NCBI GenBank assembly: GCA_030694425.1
Contig: JAUXYI010000079.1
Span: 59,577 to 123,576, forward strand
From: Thermodesulfovibrionia bacterium
Lineage (GTDB): Bacteria > Nitrospirota > Thermodesulfovibrionia > UBA6902 > BMS3Bbin08
DNA: 64,000 nucleotides
Reading direction: 5' to 3'
Positions 1 to 9,511 of the stretch are shown here, piece by piece (position 1 is the stretch's first letter; every line of letters begins with the position of its first letter). Below the pieces are notes generated by a model, which worked only from the letters and a program-made list of their open reading frames with translations, made no database searches and was not told the DNA's origin. The position numbers were made by a program, and so were the translations under genes.

Positions 1-2
1 AA

Positions 3-824
3 GGAGCTATAAGAGAGGCTGTCAACCTCGCAAAAACATGTTCAAGCAAACTATTTGTCGTCTCAGTTATAGAGACCAATCCCGAGTACGAGTCCATTGC
101 CCCGCAGCTTATTGAGAAGGCAGAAAAAGAAACAAGGCAGCACCTTGAATTAGTGAAAAACAGGGCTGCAAAAGAGGGTGTTGACTGCGAGATAATAGCA
201 CGCCAGGGCGAAGACCCCTATAAATACATTGTTGATGAGGCAGCAAAACATCAGGTCAGTATGATAATAATGGGAAGACGCGGAAGAAAAGGACTTAAGA
301 GATTAATGATGGGGAGCGTAACTGCAAAGGTTATTGGGCACTCTCCATGTAATGTCCTTGTGGTGCCGCGTGCTGCAAGGCTTGAATTCAGAAAAATCCT
401 CATAGCAACTGACGGCTCAAAATATAGCAATGCAGCTGCTTCCGAGGCAATCGCCATTGCAAAACAATGCGGCGCCAGTCTCATCGCTGCCTCTGCTGTG
501 CCTTATGAATCAATATCACCTCTTGGCATCGTCCATTCAGAGATGCAGTGGGAGCTCATCACAGAAGAAGCCCGCAAGGCAGCAGAAAGTAATATCAAGG
601 GTGTAAAAGAAATTGCAGAAAAAGAAGAGGTCAAAATTGAAGAACTCATTCTTGAAGGCAGACCATATGAAGCTATAATAAATGCTGCAAAGGAAAAGAG
701 AGTTGACCTTATTATAGTCGGAAGCCACGGAAGGACAGGTCTTGACAGACTCCTCATGGGAAGTGTCACAGAAAGAGTCATCGGCCACGCAGAGTGCGCA
801 GTGCTGGTGGTGAAAGCGAAATAG
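3..824 (+). CDS. Tandem universal stress protein (two USP domains), 5' end outside window
   Basis: Two USP ATP-binding motifs (MGRRG..GSV and VGSHG..GSV); the frame is open from base 3 (GAIREAVNLAKTCSS...), so the ORF-track start at 153 is internal. Confidence 0.9.
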   Translation, partial: GAIREAVNLAKTCSSKLFVVSVIETNPEYESIAPQLIEKAEKETRQHLELVKNRAAKEGVDCEIIARQGEDPYKYIVDEAAKHQVSMIIMGRRGRKGLKRLMMGSVTAKVIGHSPCNVLVVPRAARLEFRKILIATDGSKYSNAAASEAIAIAKQCGASLIAASAVPYESISPLGIVHSEMQWELITEEARKAAESNIKGVKEIAEKEEVKIEELILEGRPYEAIINAAKEKRVDLIIVGSHGRTGLDRLLMGSVTERVIGHAECAVLVVKAK

Positions 825-1057
825 AAGGGTGGAAAACTGATTAATCTGTTTTCAGCCCGTACCTTTTAAGTTTCCTCCACAGTGACACCCTGTCAATTCC
901 CATTCTGAGGTATTTTTAGCCGCCCCAGAAATGCAAAGTTAATAAATCTTATAAACCTATAAGTTCAATTTTATTGATTTTATATATTTATGTTAATTTT
1001 TCGTATCCTTGCTAATCTTATCAGGAGTTGCATATAATTGAAGCAAAAGGAGCTGCA

Positions 1058-1423
1058 ATGTCTCTATTTTCAAAAGAAAAAAAAATATTATCAGATATAG
1101 CAGAGGCTTTATCACATGAGCCCTCGATTCTAAAGATTATTGCCTACGGCTCACGGGTAAGGGGAGATTTCCACGGAGATAGCGACCTTGATGTCTTTGT
1201 CTTAGTTGATAAAAAGACTCGTTATATTAAAGAGAAGATAATTGATATTTTTTACAAATATGAAATGAGCTATGATATATCGTTCTCTATCTCTATTTTT
1301 TCTAAAGATGAATTCGATTTTAATAATGCCATCGGTAGTCCCTTTATTAAAGCCATAAAAGCGGAAGGAGTCATAATATATGACGTTCGACTTAGAAGAG
1401 AAAAAGTCCCTCTCAAAGTATAG
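1058..1423 (+). CDS. Minimal nucleotidyltransferase (MNT) antitoxin
   Basis: YGSRVRGD..SDLDV Pol-beta NTase motif; AGGAG RBS before ATG 1058; overlaps HEPN gene. Confidence 0.85.
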   Translation: MSLFSKEKKILSDIAEALSHEPSILKIIAYGSRVRGDFHGDSDLDVFVLVDKKTRYIKEKIIDIFYKYEMSYDISFSISIFSKDEFDFNNAIGSPFIKAIKAEGVIIYDVRLRREKVPLKV

Positions 1424-1796
1424 GCTTGAAAAGGCTAAAAGGTTACTGGAGGACGCAAGACTCCTTTTAGAAAAAGAAAGATTTGAATCTTCTATTAACA
1501 GGAGTTATTATGCGGCATTAACAGCAGCAAAAGGGCTCTTGATACTTTTTGGTATAGACCCTAAAACCCATGAAGGGGTAAAGACCATGGTAGGAAAAAA
1601 ATTGATAATGGATGGCTATATGTCTAATGAATATGGAAAGTGGTTTAGGGGTCTGTTTTTTGAGAGGGAAGATGCTGATTACGCAGATTTTATAGTAGTG
1701 GATAAAAGTGATGCACAAGAAGCATATAAAAATGCTTTAGCATTTGTGGAAAAATCAATAGAAGTGGCAGATAGATTAGTAAAAGAACTTGAATAG
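1380..1796 (+). CDS. HEPN-domain protein (UPF0332-like), partner of MNT
   Basis: NRSYYA, KTHEG and REDADY motifs; adjacent to MNT. Confidence 0.85.
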   Translation: MTFDLEEKKSLSKYRLEKAKRLLEDARLLLEKERFESSINRSYYAALTAAKGLLILFGIDPKTHEGVKTMVGKKLIMDGYMSNEYGKWFRGLFFEREDADYADFIVVDKSDAQEAYKNALAFVEKSIEVADRLVKELE

Positions 1797-1797
1797 A

Positions 1798-3156
1798 CTA
1801 TTCTTCCAACCCATATTTTTTAAGTTTCCTCCAGAGCGATACCCTATCTATTCCCAATATCTGTGCTGCAAGGGTTTTATTGCTGCCGACTTCTTTCAAA
1901 ACCCACTTTATGTAAGACTCTTCCTGTTCCTCAAGGGATGGCATCTTGCCTTCTTTTTTTCTGAATGTCCTTATGCTTAATTCCCTTAAGTCCTCGGGAA
2001 GATGCGCTACTTCTATTGTATTCCCATTTGTAAGGGCAACTCCTCTTTCTATGATATTTTCAAGCTCCCTCACATTCCCGGGGAAGTCATAATTCATTAA
2101 TATAGCAATAACGTCATGCGATATCTCTGTAACATCTTTTTTCATGAGGGCTGTATATTTTTTCAAAAAATAATAACTCATAAGCGGTATATCATCCCGT
2201 CTTTCTGAAAGCGGAGGGACACGCAAAGAGACCACATTCAATCTGAAATAAAGGTCCTGCCTGAAATGCCCATCTTTTATTGCGTCCTGAATATTTCTAT
2301 TTGTTGATGCTATAAACCTGACATCTACTTTCACAGGCTCTGTGCCCCCGACCCGTAAAAGTTCTTTTTCCTGAATAACCCTTAAAAGCTTTACCTGCAT
2401 GGATGGGGGCATTTCTGTTATCTCATCTAAAAATAATGTTCCGCCTGATGCCATTTCTATCAAGCCTTTTTTCAAAGTGGTTGCACCAGTGAATGCGCCT
2501 TTTTCATGCCCGAATAGTTCATTACTCAAAAGTTCTTCTGTAAATGCCCCACAATTTATTGCAAAGAATGCTCCTTCCGAGCGTTTGCTGTTAAGGTGTA
2601 TGTATTTTGCTAAAAGTTCTTTACCTGTACCACTTTCGCCGCTTATAAGGACATTGCAGTCTGTGGGCGCAATCTGCCTTGCTGTATCAAGAATCCTCTG
2701 CATATTAAAATCCTGTGTGATTATCTTTACCCTGCCCTGATATTTCTCTAACTGCTCTCTCAATTGGGCGTTTTCTTTTTTAAGCCTTACCTTCTCTACT
2801 GCCTCTCTGACTACCTTTCTCACCTCATCAAGCTTAAAGGGTTTGGCTATGTAATGATAGGCGCCTTTTCTCATTGTCTCTACTGCTGAGGTGACAGTGG
2901 CATAAGCTGTAATCATGATAACCTCTGTATCAGGATAAAGCGACTTAGCCTTTTCAAGAACCTCAAGCCCATCTACCTTTTCCATCTTTAAATCTGTAAG
3001 CACCACGTCAAACTCATGTTCCTCAAGTATCCTTAACGCATTAGTGCCGCTTGTGGTGCCAACCACCTCATACCCCTCCTTTTTCATAACGTGCTCAAGG
3101 TTCCTGAGGGCGACCTTTTCATCCTCTACTATTAAAAGTTTTACCTTATTCTTCAT
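1798..3156 (-). CDS. Sigma54-dependent response regulator (NtrC/AtoC family)
   Basis: REC domain, GESGTGKE Walker A, GAFTGA, Fis-type HTH. Confidence 0.95.
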   Translation of the reverse strand: MKNKVKLLIVEDEKVALRNLEHVMKKEGYEVVGTTSGTNALRILEEHEFDVVLTDLKMEKVDGLEVLEKAKSLYPDTEVIMITAYATVTSAVETMRKGAYHYIAKPFKLDEVRKVVREAVEKVRLKKENAQLREQLEKYQGRVKIITQDFNMQRILDTARQIAPTDCNVLISGESGTGKELLAKYIHLNSKRSEGAFFAINCGAFTEELLSNELFGHEKGAFTGATTLKKGLIEMASGGTLFLDEITEMPPSMQVKLLRVIQEKELLRVGGTEPVKVDVRFIASTNRNIQDAIKDGHFRQDLYFRLNVVSLRVPPLSERRDDIPLMSYYFLKKYTALMKKDVTEISHDVIAILMNYDFPGNVRELENIIERGVALTNGNTIEVAHLPEDLRELSIRTFRKKEGKMPSLEEQEESYIKWVLKEVGSNKTLAAQILGIDRVSLWRKLKKYGLEE

Positions 3157-4570
3157 CTTTGCGCTCCTTTAAAGGCAGTCTAATCAAAAAAGTTGTTCCA
3201 TAACCTACCTGGCTTTCCACATCAATGGTGCCCCCATGTTTTTCTATGATATTATGCACAACAAAAAGGCCTAGGCCATAGCCTTTCTTTGTATCTTTTT
3301 TTGTAAAAAATGGTTCAAATATCTTTGAAACTATCTCTGGCTCCATACCAATACCTGTATCTCTAACCTCAATTTCAATTATATTACCTTTACCCTTTTT
3401 TGCTGAAATGAAAACCTTTCCCTCGCCTTCTATTGCCCCCATGCTGTTTTTAATAAGGTTCAGAAAAACCTGTTGAAGCTTCTGCTTATCTGCAAAGAGC
3501 ACAATATCATCGGGGACCTCCATGCGGATTTCTATCTTTGATGGAATCTCCCCTTTGATCAGCCTGAGAGACTCATTGACCGCATTTTTCAGATTAACAT
3601 TTTCCTTTTTACCTGCCCTTGAAAACTCAAGGACGGTTCTTACAATATCCTTTGCCCTGTCTGTTTCGGCTTCTATCTGCGAAAGAAGCTCTCTCTTATA
3701 TTCAATATCTGCTTCTTCTATTTCCTCCTTAAGTATCTGGCAGGAAGTAGAGATATTAGAAAGTGGATTATTAATCTCGTGGGCAACTCCAAAAAGCAAA
3801 GTGCCGATGGATGCTAATTTCTCTGACTGGACAAGATGCCTCTGCCGCATCTCCAGTTCAACGAGCATCGTATTGATTGCCTTACTAAGAGATAGCAATT
3901 CCTTATCACGAGATAACACAGGGATGAATGAAAATTCTCCATTGGCAATCTTTTGCATGCTCTCTTCTAACAGTTTAAGGGGTCTTATAACCATCCGCGT
4001 TAAATATTCAGCGATGAAAAAACCAGCAATAATAAGAAAGATACCTGAAAAAATAAGTATCCTCTGAGAACGCTCTATCAATGTCTGCATATATTTTCGT
4101 TCTGCTACGGAGATTGCCTCCGTGGATGTAACAATTTTTTTGCCAATCTCCCTTATTCTTTCTTCTAAGGTACGGGTTTCCATGGGAGCATGCCTTTTGT
4201 CCTGCTCAAAATATTTCTGCATGAGGGATTTGTATTCTCGGATATCAGTATCTAAGGCATAGACATCTGCCTTGATTGCAAGTTTTTCTATAGCTTCCTT
4301 ATTATTCTTTATAATGTCCTCTGACCTTTCTGTAAATCGTAAGTTTTCAGAATAATCCTCTTTATGCCCATAAAGAAAATAGTTCTTTTCAAACCTTCTC
4401 ATCTCAAGGGTTGTATCAAAAAGGTCAGAGACTATAAAGCTAAATTCGGCCTTTTTGTTTATTGTCATTAGATTAAGGTAATTCAAAATAGAGATACCGA
4501 CTACTATAATAATGCCAATGTAGTACGCGTAGTTAACCTTATTGCGAATACTTGATTGAAATCCGAGCAT
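3146..4570 (-). CDS. Sensor histidine kinase (2 TM, periplasmic helical domain, HAMP)
   Basis: AHEINNPL H-box, N/G boxes, RRFEKNYFLYG periplasmic motif. Confidence 0.93.
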   Translation of the reverse strand: MLGFQSSIRNKVNYAYYIGIIIVVGISILNYLNLMTINKKAEFSFIVSDLFDTTLEMRRFEKNYFLYGHKEDYSENLRFTERSEDIIKNNKEAIEKLAIKADVYALDTDIREYKSLMQKYFEQDKRHAPMETRTLEERIREIGKKIVTSTEAISVAERKYMQTLIERSQRILIFSGIFLIIAGFFIAEYLTRMVIRPLKLLEESMQKIANGEFSFIPVLSRDKELLSLSKAINTMLVELEMRQRHLVQSEKLASIGTLLFGVAHEINNPLSNISTSCQILKEEIEEADIEYKRELLSQIEAETDRAKDIVRTVLEFSRAGKKENVNLKNAVNESLRLIKGEIPSKIEIRMEVPDDIVLFADKQKLQQVFLNLIKNSMGAIEGEGKVFISAKKGKGNIIEIEVRDTGIGMEPEIVSKIFEPFFTKKDTKKGYGLGLFVVHNIIEKHGGTIDVESQVGYGTTFLIRLPLKERKDEE

Positions 4571-4592
4571 GGAACAATTGTAACATTAATTG

Positions 4593-4738
4593 TTGCAAAA
4601 TGCAATTTTGCTCGTAAGGATGCAACGGTTGTGCTAATGGGTTCATGTTGGAGGTTAAGAATTATAAGTTTCAAGCCTTCCCGGTTCAAGCCTCAGATGT
4701 TGTAATTCCTCCGCTCATGCCGTAATTGCAAAATGAAA
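4593..4738. promoter_or_regulatory. Candidate enhancer (UAS) pair for the sigma54 activator
   Basis: TTGCAAAATGCAA at 4593-4605 and TTGCAAAATGAAA at 4726-4738, upstream of a sigma54 promoter. Confidence 0.55.
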
Positions 4739-4816
4739 CAAATATGAAAAAATACGCCAAAAGGCTATTAAAGAAAAAACCTAATAAATTTAAACAGTTA
4801 GAAGGTTTTTACATCC

Positions 4817-4832
4817 TGGCATGAGATTTGAA
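4817..4832 (+). promoter_or_regulatory. Sigma54 -24/-12 promoter (GA variant at -12)
   Basis: TGGCAT-GAGAT-TTGAA about 35 bp before the 4866 start. Confidence 0.65.
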
Positions 4833-4865
4833 TAAGGGATAGTAAACGGATGAAGGGAGGCAAAA

Positions 4866-5057
4866 ATGCAAAAGAAGTTTTTAAAGAGATTAGAGGACAT
4901 ATTTACAGCGATTGCATTTGCAGAAGAAGGGGATGTTGAGACAGCGAGGGAAATACTTAAGGAAGAGAGATATCCACAGAAAAAGATCGCAGAGAGAAAA
5001 GCAGGAATTGCAAAACCGCTAACCCTTACACCAAGTGAAAAACCAAGCCATCTATAA
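4866..5057 (+). CDS. Small protein consisting mostly of a 'FAE(A/E)G(E/D)' motif
   Basis: GGGAGG RBS; LEDIFTAIAFAEEGDVETAREIL motif shared with ORFs 5079 and 11056. Confidence 0.75.
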   Translation: MQKKFLKRLEDIFTAIAFAEEGDVETAREILKEERYPQKKIAERKAGIAKPLTLTPSEKPSHL

Positions 5058-5078
5058 ATTTTTAGAAAGGAGGATAAA

Positions 5079-5552
5079 TTGAAAGAATTGTTTAAGAGAT
5101 TTGAAGACATGATGTCTGCTGTTACTTTTGCAGAGGCAGGGGAATTTGAAACTGCAAGAGAAATTGTAAAAGGAAGGCAAAAGGTATTGCTTACATTAAC
5201 AGGGAGGGAATCTGACAGAAAATCATTTAAATATGCACTTAACATCTGTAAGCGGATAGGTGCAGTGCTTGAAGTCCTGTATATATCAAAGGGAGAAGAT
5301 ATACTTCAGATGTTAAGACAATTTCAGGATGAACTCAGGAGAGAAGGAATTGCATATGAGATTTTTCAGAAGAGCGGATGTATAAAGGAGGCAATTATCC
5401 ATCACACAGAGAAAAGGAGTGATATTCAGTTTGTGGTTGTTGAATCGTCAGATGCCTTGAATATGGAGTGCAAAAAGGATGACAGAGAGCTTTCAAAAGC
5501 ATGGGAAGGACTAAAGTGCCCTCTGGTTCTGGTCTCAGAGGCAAGGACATAA
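5079..5552 (+). CDS. FAEAGE-motif protein fused to a degenerate USP-like domain
   Basis: AGGAGG RBS with TTG start; KVLL..YALNICKRIGA..LEVLY and CPLVLV resemble USP N- and C-termini. Confidence 0.75.
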   Translation: MKELFKRFEDMMSAVTFAEAGEFETAREIVKGRQKVLLTLTGRESDRKSFKYALNICKRIGAVLEVLYISKGEDILQMLRQFQDELRREGIAYEIFQKSGCIKEAIIHHTEKRSDIQFVVVESSDALNMECKKDDRELSKAWEGLKCPLVLVSEART

Positions 5553-5579
5553 GATTTAATAATTAAGGAGGAAAGTATA

Positions 5580-5828
5580 ATGGCTCAAAGCAGTAAAAAG
5601 AAACCATATGGAAAAATGATATTCATGGGAATTATTTCAGTTGTGCTTTATATAACATTGCTGCTAAAGCAGGATATAATCAATGAGTATTTTGCTCTTG
5701 GCGGTGTGTATGCTTTTTTGCCAATAGCAACAGCGTTTATCTTCTCATTTGTTCATGGTTTATTCACAGGAAATTTCTGGACCGTCCTGGGGATAGAGGC
5801 AGCAAAGAAGAGGAAGGAGGTAAAATAA
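5580..5828 (+). CDS. Small two-TM membrane protein linked to the TSUP transporter
   Basis: Two hydrophobic helices, FSFVHGxFTGNFW motif, AAGGAGG RBS. Confidence 0.75.
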   Translation: MAQSSKKKPYGKMIFMGIISVVLYITLLLKQDIINEYFALGGVYAFLPIATAFIFSFVHGLFTGNFWTVLGIEAAKKRKEVK

Positions 5829-5829
5829 C

Positions 5830-6918
5830 ATGCACGATATAGTTAAGGAAGCGGCTAATTTCATCAATCTTGATGTTATGAATATTGCTTACCTTTTTAT
5901 TGTTGGATTTATCGGAGGTCTTGTAAGCGGATTTATAGGCTCAGGCGGAGCTTTCGTGCTCACACCAGCCATGATGAGTCTCGGCGTGCCCGGTCTTGTG
6001 GCAGTGGCAAGCAACATGTGCCACAAATTCCCCAAGGCGCTTATAGGAGCGCTAAAACGCGCAAAATATGGACAGGTTGATGTAAAACTGGGGCTTGTTC
6101 TTGGAGTTTCTGCTGAAGCAGGTGTTCTTTATGGCGCACATATACAGGAAGGCATTAAAAAATCGTTTGGAGATGCAGGCTCCAACCTTTATGTAAGCGT
6201 TGCATTTGTTGTTATCCTCGCAATTGTAGGCGGTTTTGTTCTCAGGGATGCATGGAAGACGTATAAATCAGGGAATACAGATAAAGAAGAGAAAGTTACG
6301 AAGCTGGCGCGCTGGGTGCAATCCATTAACATACCCGGCACAATGGTCTATTTTAAAAGCCTGAATGCACGTATATCAGTGCTTTTTACCATACCATTAG
6401 GTTTTGCTACAGGAATGCTCGCTGCAACTATTGCTGTCGGCGGTTTTATCGGCGTCCCTTCCATGATTTATGTGCTTGGCGCACCAAGCCTGATGGCATC
6501 TGCAACCGAGTTAGTAATAGCATTTGTTATGGGGCTGGGCGGATCATTTAAATATGCCCTGCATGGTCTCGTTGATATCCGTCTTGCTATGATAATCCTT
6601 GCAGGTTCTCTCTTTGGTATTCAGCTTGGCGCTATTGGTACAACCTATGTCAAGGGGTATATGATAAAGCTCGTGATGGGTCTTATCATGGTTATAGTTC
6701 TTTTTAGTCGTGGTTTGATGATTCCTGTTTATATGTCACAGTTAGGCTTGATGCAGCCACTTGCCGAAGGAACTGTTAAGGTGCTAAAGAGCACCAGTTT
6801 TGCTATAATGATACTGGCTCTGATTATCGGTGCATTTATTGTCCTGAAGGCAATGTGGCAGGGAATAAGGGCAGAGCGAAAAATGGCCAAAGAAGTTCTG
6901 AAACACGGTGAGGTGTAG
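5830..6918 (+). CDS. TauE/SafE (TSUP) family transporter
   Basis: GFIGSGGAF and AVGGFIGVP glycine repeats; multiple TM segments. Confidence 0.88.
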   Translation: MHDIVKEAANFINLDVMNIAYLFIVGFIGGLVSGFIGSGGAFVLTPAMMSLGVPGLVAVASNMCHKFPKALIGALKRAKYGQVDVKLGLVLGVSAEAGVLYGAHIQEGIKKSFGDAGSNLYVSVAFVVILAIVGGFVLRDAWKTYKSGNTDKEEKVTKLARWVQSINIPGTMVYFKSLNARISVLFTIPLGFATGMLAATIAVGGFIGVPSMIYVLGAPSLMASATELVIAFVMGLGGSFKYALHGLVDIRLAMIILAGSLFGIQLGAIGTTYVKGYMIKLVMGLIMVIVLFSRGLMIPVYMSQLGLMQPLAEGTVKVLKSTSFAIMILALIIGAFIVLKAMWQGIRAERKMAKEVLKHGEV

Positions 6919-6920
6919 CT

Positions 6921-7775
6921 ATGGGAAGATATAGAAAGATACTGGTTGCAGTTGATGGTTCTGAGACGAGTCTTCATGCATTGAAGGAATCCTTCAAGCT
7001 TGCCATGAATGAGGGAAGCTGGATAACGGTTGTTTCAGTTGTGCCTCCCTACACAGGAGACCTTGATTTAGTTGCAGTAGGGAATATTATGGCATCCATG
7101 AGAAAGCCATGTGAAGAGGCACTTAGGAAAGCTCAGGATATAGCAAATGCAGAGAGGGCATCAATAAAGACTGCATGTGAAGAAGGCGAGCCGCATAGTG
7201 CAATAGTTGACCTTGCCCAAGCAGAAAATTTTGATTTAATAGTAATGGGGAGAAGAGGACTCAGGCGTCTTGAAAGGGTCCTTGTTGGAAGCGTGACTGC
7301 AAGGGTTATTGGCTATAGCCCCATAGATGTGCTCGTTGTTCCGAGGGATACAGAGGTTGGCTGGCAGAATGTCCTTCTTACAACTGATGGATCAAAATAC
7401 AGTGAGGCAGCCTCAAAGAAGGCAATAGACCTTGCAAAATCCTATGGAGGAGTATTAAAGATTCTTTCTGTAGTGGATGTTCCCCCGGAGTTTTATGCAG
7501 AATCTCCAAAGACTGTTGATGATATGATTAACAAGGCAAAGGGATATGTTGAGGTTGTAAAGAAACAAGCGGAGGCAGCAAGGGTTAAGGTAGAAACCTT
7601 TGTGAGAGAAGGAGAGGCTTATCAGGTAATAACCAATATCGCAAAAGAGCAAAATGCGGGTATTATTATAATGGGTTCACACGGAAGGACTGGATTAAAA
7701 AGACTCCTCATGGGAAGCGTCACTGAGAAGGTCATAGGACATTCCCCCTGCCCTGTGCTTGTAGTAAAATCCTGA
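6921..7775 (+). CDS. Tandem universal stress protein
   Basis: Two USP domains (ILVAVDGS..MGRRG..GSV; TDGS..MGSHG..GSV). Confidence 0.93.
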   Translation: MGRYRKILVAVDGSETSLHALKESFKLAMNEGSWITVVSVVPPYTGDLDLVAVGNIMASMRKPCEEALRKAQDIANAERASIKTACEEGEPHSAIVDLAQAENFDLIVMGRRGLRRLERVLVGSVTARVIGYSPIDVLVVPRDTEVGWQNVLLTTDGSKYSEAASKKAIDLAKSYGGVLKILSVVDVPPEFYAESPKTVDDMINKAKGYVEVVKKQAEAARVKVETFVREGEAYQVITNIAKEQNAGIIIMGSHGRTGLKRLLMGSVTEKVIGHSPCPVLVVKS

Positions 7776-7797
7776 TTCAAAATATTTTTAGATATAG

Positions 7798-7835
7798 AAA
7801 ATGCCACGGGAAAATTCTGTGGCATTTTTATTTTT
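7798..7835 (+). terminator. Rho-independent terminator
   Basis: AAAATGCCAC..GTGGCATTTT hairpin followed by a T-rich tail after the USP gene. Confidence 0.7.
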
Positions 7836-7862
7836 GGACGTTGGTGATATTATATTTTTGTT

Positions 7863-9491
7863 ATGTCCCTTAAGAAAAAAATAAGCCTCGGTTTCCTTAT
7901 AAGCTCAATAATCATAGCTATCCTTGTTATATTAGGCTATACCAACTTTATTGGGATAAGGAAAGAAATCCGCTATCTTGAGATGTCTGATACTGTGAGA
8001 AGTAAGTCCCTGCAGCTCAGAAGACATGAGAAAAACTTCCTTCTTTATGGAGATGCAAAAGAGATGCAAAACGTTCATACTTACATAAACGATTTAAAAG
8101 AAATCATTAAACAGGGCAGAACTGTTTACAGCACAGAAAAATTGCTTGAGCTTGAAAAGAAGATAGCTGAATATGAGCAGGGATTTAACAGGATTGAATC
8201 AACTGCCAGAGATTTTCAAAAAGAATTAAACAGATTAAAAATATTACTTCCGCATCATTCAGATCTCTTATATCTTAGTGAATCAACCTTCCTTGAAAGG
8301 CCTCTTGTAAATGCTGAAATTTTTAAAAAGACTTTCTCACTAAAAGCCGATGCCCCTGCTATTAAAAGTTTGGAGGACTTAAACACAGAAATCAACGAAC
8401 TCAGAAAAAACGGGGAAGAAATCCTGACAATCTCAAAAGAGCTTGATAAATCAGCGAGAGAAAATGTAGAAAAATATATAAGTTTTTCACAAACCGCAGC
8501 AATATTCTTGTTCCCGCTGTTTCTTTTTGTAGGGCTTGGGGTATTATTTGTCATCATCCATAGCGTTGTAAGGCGTCTGAAGATTTTAACTATGGCTGTA
8601 GAAAAGACAGGCAGAGGAGACTTTTCGTCTTTAATAACACCTTCAAAGGGTGATGAGGTCAGCATATTTATAAATGCATTTAACAAAATGGAACAAAACC
8701 TTATAATGAGAGACAATGAAATTAACAGGAAGAATAAGGAACTGCTTCAAAGCAGGAAGCTTGCCTCTCTTGGAACCCTTGCATCAGGTGTTGCCCATGA
8801 ACTTAATAACCCATTGAACAACATTTACACAACGGCTCAACGTCTTTTAAAGAAGACAGGTGAAGACTGTCCTGCTTTCATTAAGAAAGGAATAGATGAT
8901 ATATTTGGTCAGACTATGAGAGTGAAAAAGATTGTCGGCGACCTTCTTGTATTTGCACGAGGCCGAGAACCTCAATTCAGAGAAAGCGAACTTAACAGCC
9001 TCATTCAGCAGACTTACAAACAACTCAGTAACGCAATCAATACTGAAGATATACATTTTATGATTGAATCAGAGTCAGGTCATATCATGATTAATGCAGA
9101 CCCTGAGCAGCTTGAGCAAGTTTTCATCAACCTCTTTACAAATGCTGTAGAGGCAATGTCGGGTAAAGGTGAATTAAAGGTTATGGCTGTCATGCAAGAT
9201 AACACAGTGATGATAAGGGTCTCGGACTCCGGACGAGGAGTATCCAGAGAGAGTCTTGAGAATATATTTGAACCTTTTTTTACAACAAAGGACAGGGGAA
9301 CAGGGCTTGGACTTGCTATTGTCTTTAGTATTATCCAGAAACATAACGGAGAGATAACAGTTGAAAGCGAAGAAGGAAAAGGGACCACTTTCATCATTAC
9401 ATTACCGAAAAGGAATGTCATTGCGAGGAGCGATAACAACGAAGCAATCTCAAAAAGCGAGATTCCTCGCTGCGCTCGGGATGACAGTTAG
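7863..9491 (+). CDS. Sensor histidine kinase (paralog of 3146-4570); C-terminus derived from a repeat
   Basis: AHELNNPL H-box, RRHEKNFLLYG; the last ~25 aa (NVIARSD...RDDS) are encoded by the 9416-9486 palindrome. Confidence 0.93.
   Translation: MSLKKKISLGFLISSIIIAILVILGYTNFIGIRKEIRYLEMSDTVRSKSLQLRRHEKNFLLYGDAKEMQNVHTYINDLKEIIKQGRTVYSTEKLLELEKKIAEYEQGFNRIESTARDFQKELNRLKILLPHHSDLLYLSESTFLERPLVNAEIFKKTFSLKADAPAIKSLEDLNTEINELRKNGEEILTISKELDKSARENVEKYISFSQTAAIFLFPLFLFVGLGVLFVIIHSVVRRLKILTMAVEKTGRGDFSSLITPSKGDEVSIFINAFNKMEQNLIMRDNEINRKNKELLQSRKLASLGTLASGVAHELNNPLNNIYTTAQRLLKKTGEDCPAFIKKGIDDIFGQTMRVKKIVGDLLVFARGREPQFRESELNSLIQQTYKQLSNAINTEDIHFMIESESGHIMINADPEQLEQVFINLFTNAVEAMSGKGELKVMAVMQDNTVMIRVSDSGRGVSRESLENIFEPFFTTKDRGTGLGLAIVFSIIQKHNGEITVESEEGKGTTFIITLPKRNVIARSDNNEAISKSEIPRCARDDS
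9416..9486. repeat. TGTCATTGCGAG...ATGACA REP-like palindrome
   Basis: Same family as 19310-19407 and 44702-44778. Confidence 0.8.
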
Positions 9492-9511
9492 AGGACAGGG
9501 AAAAGACAGTT

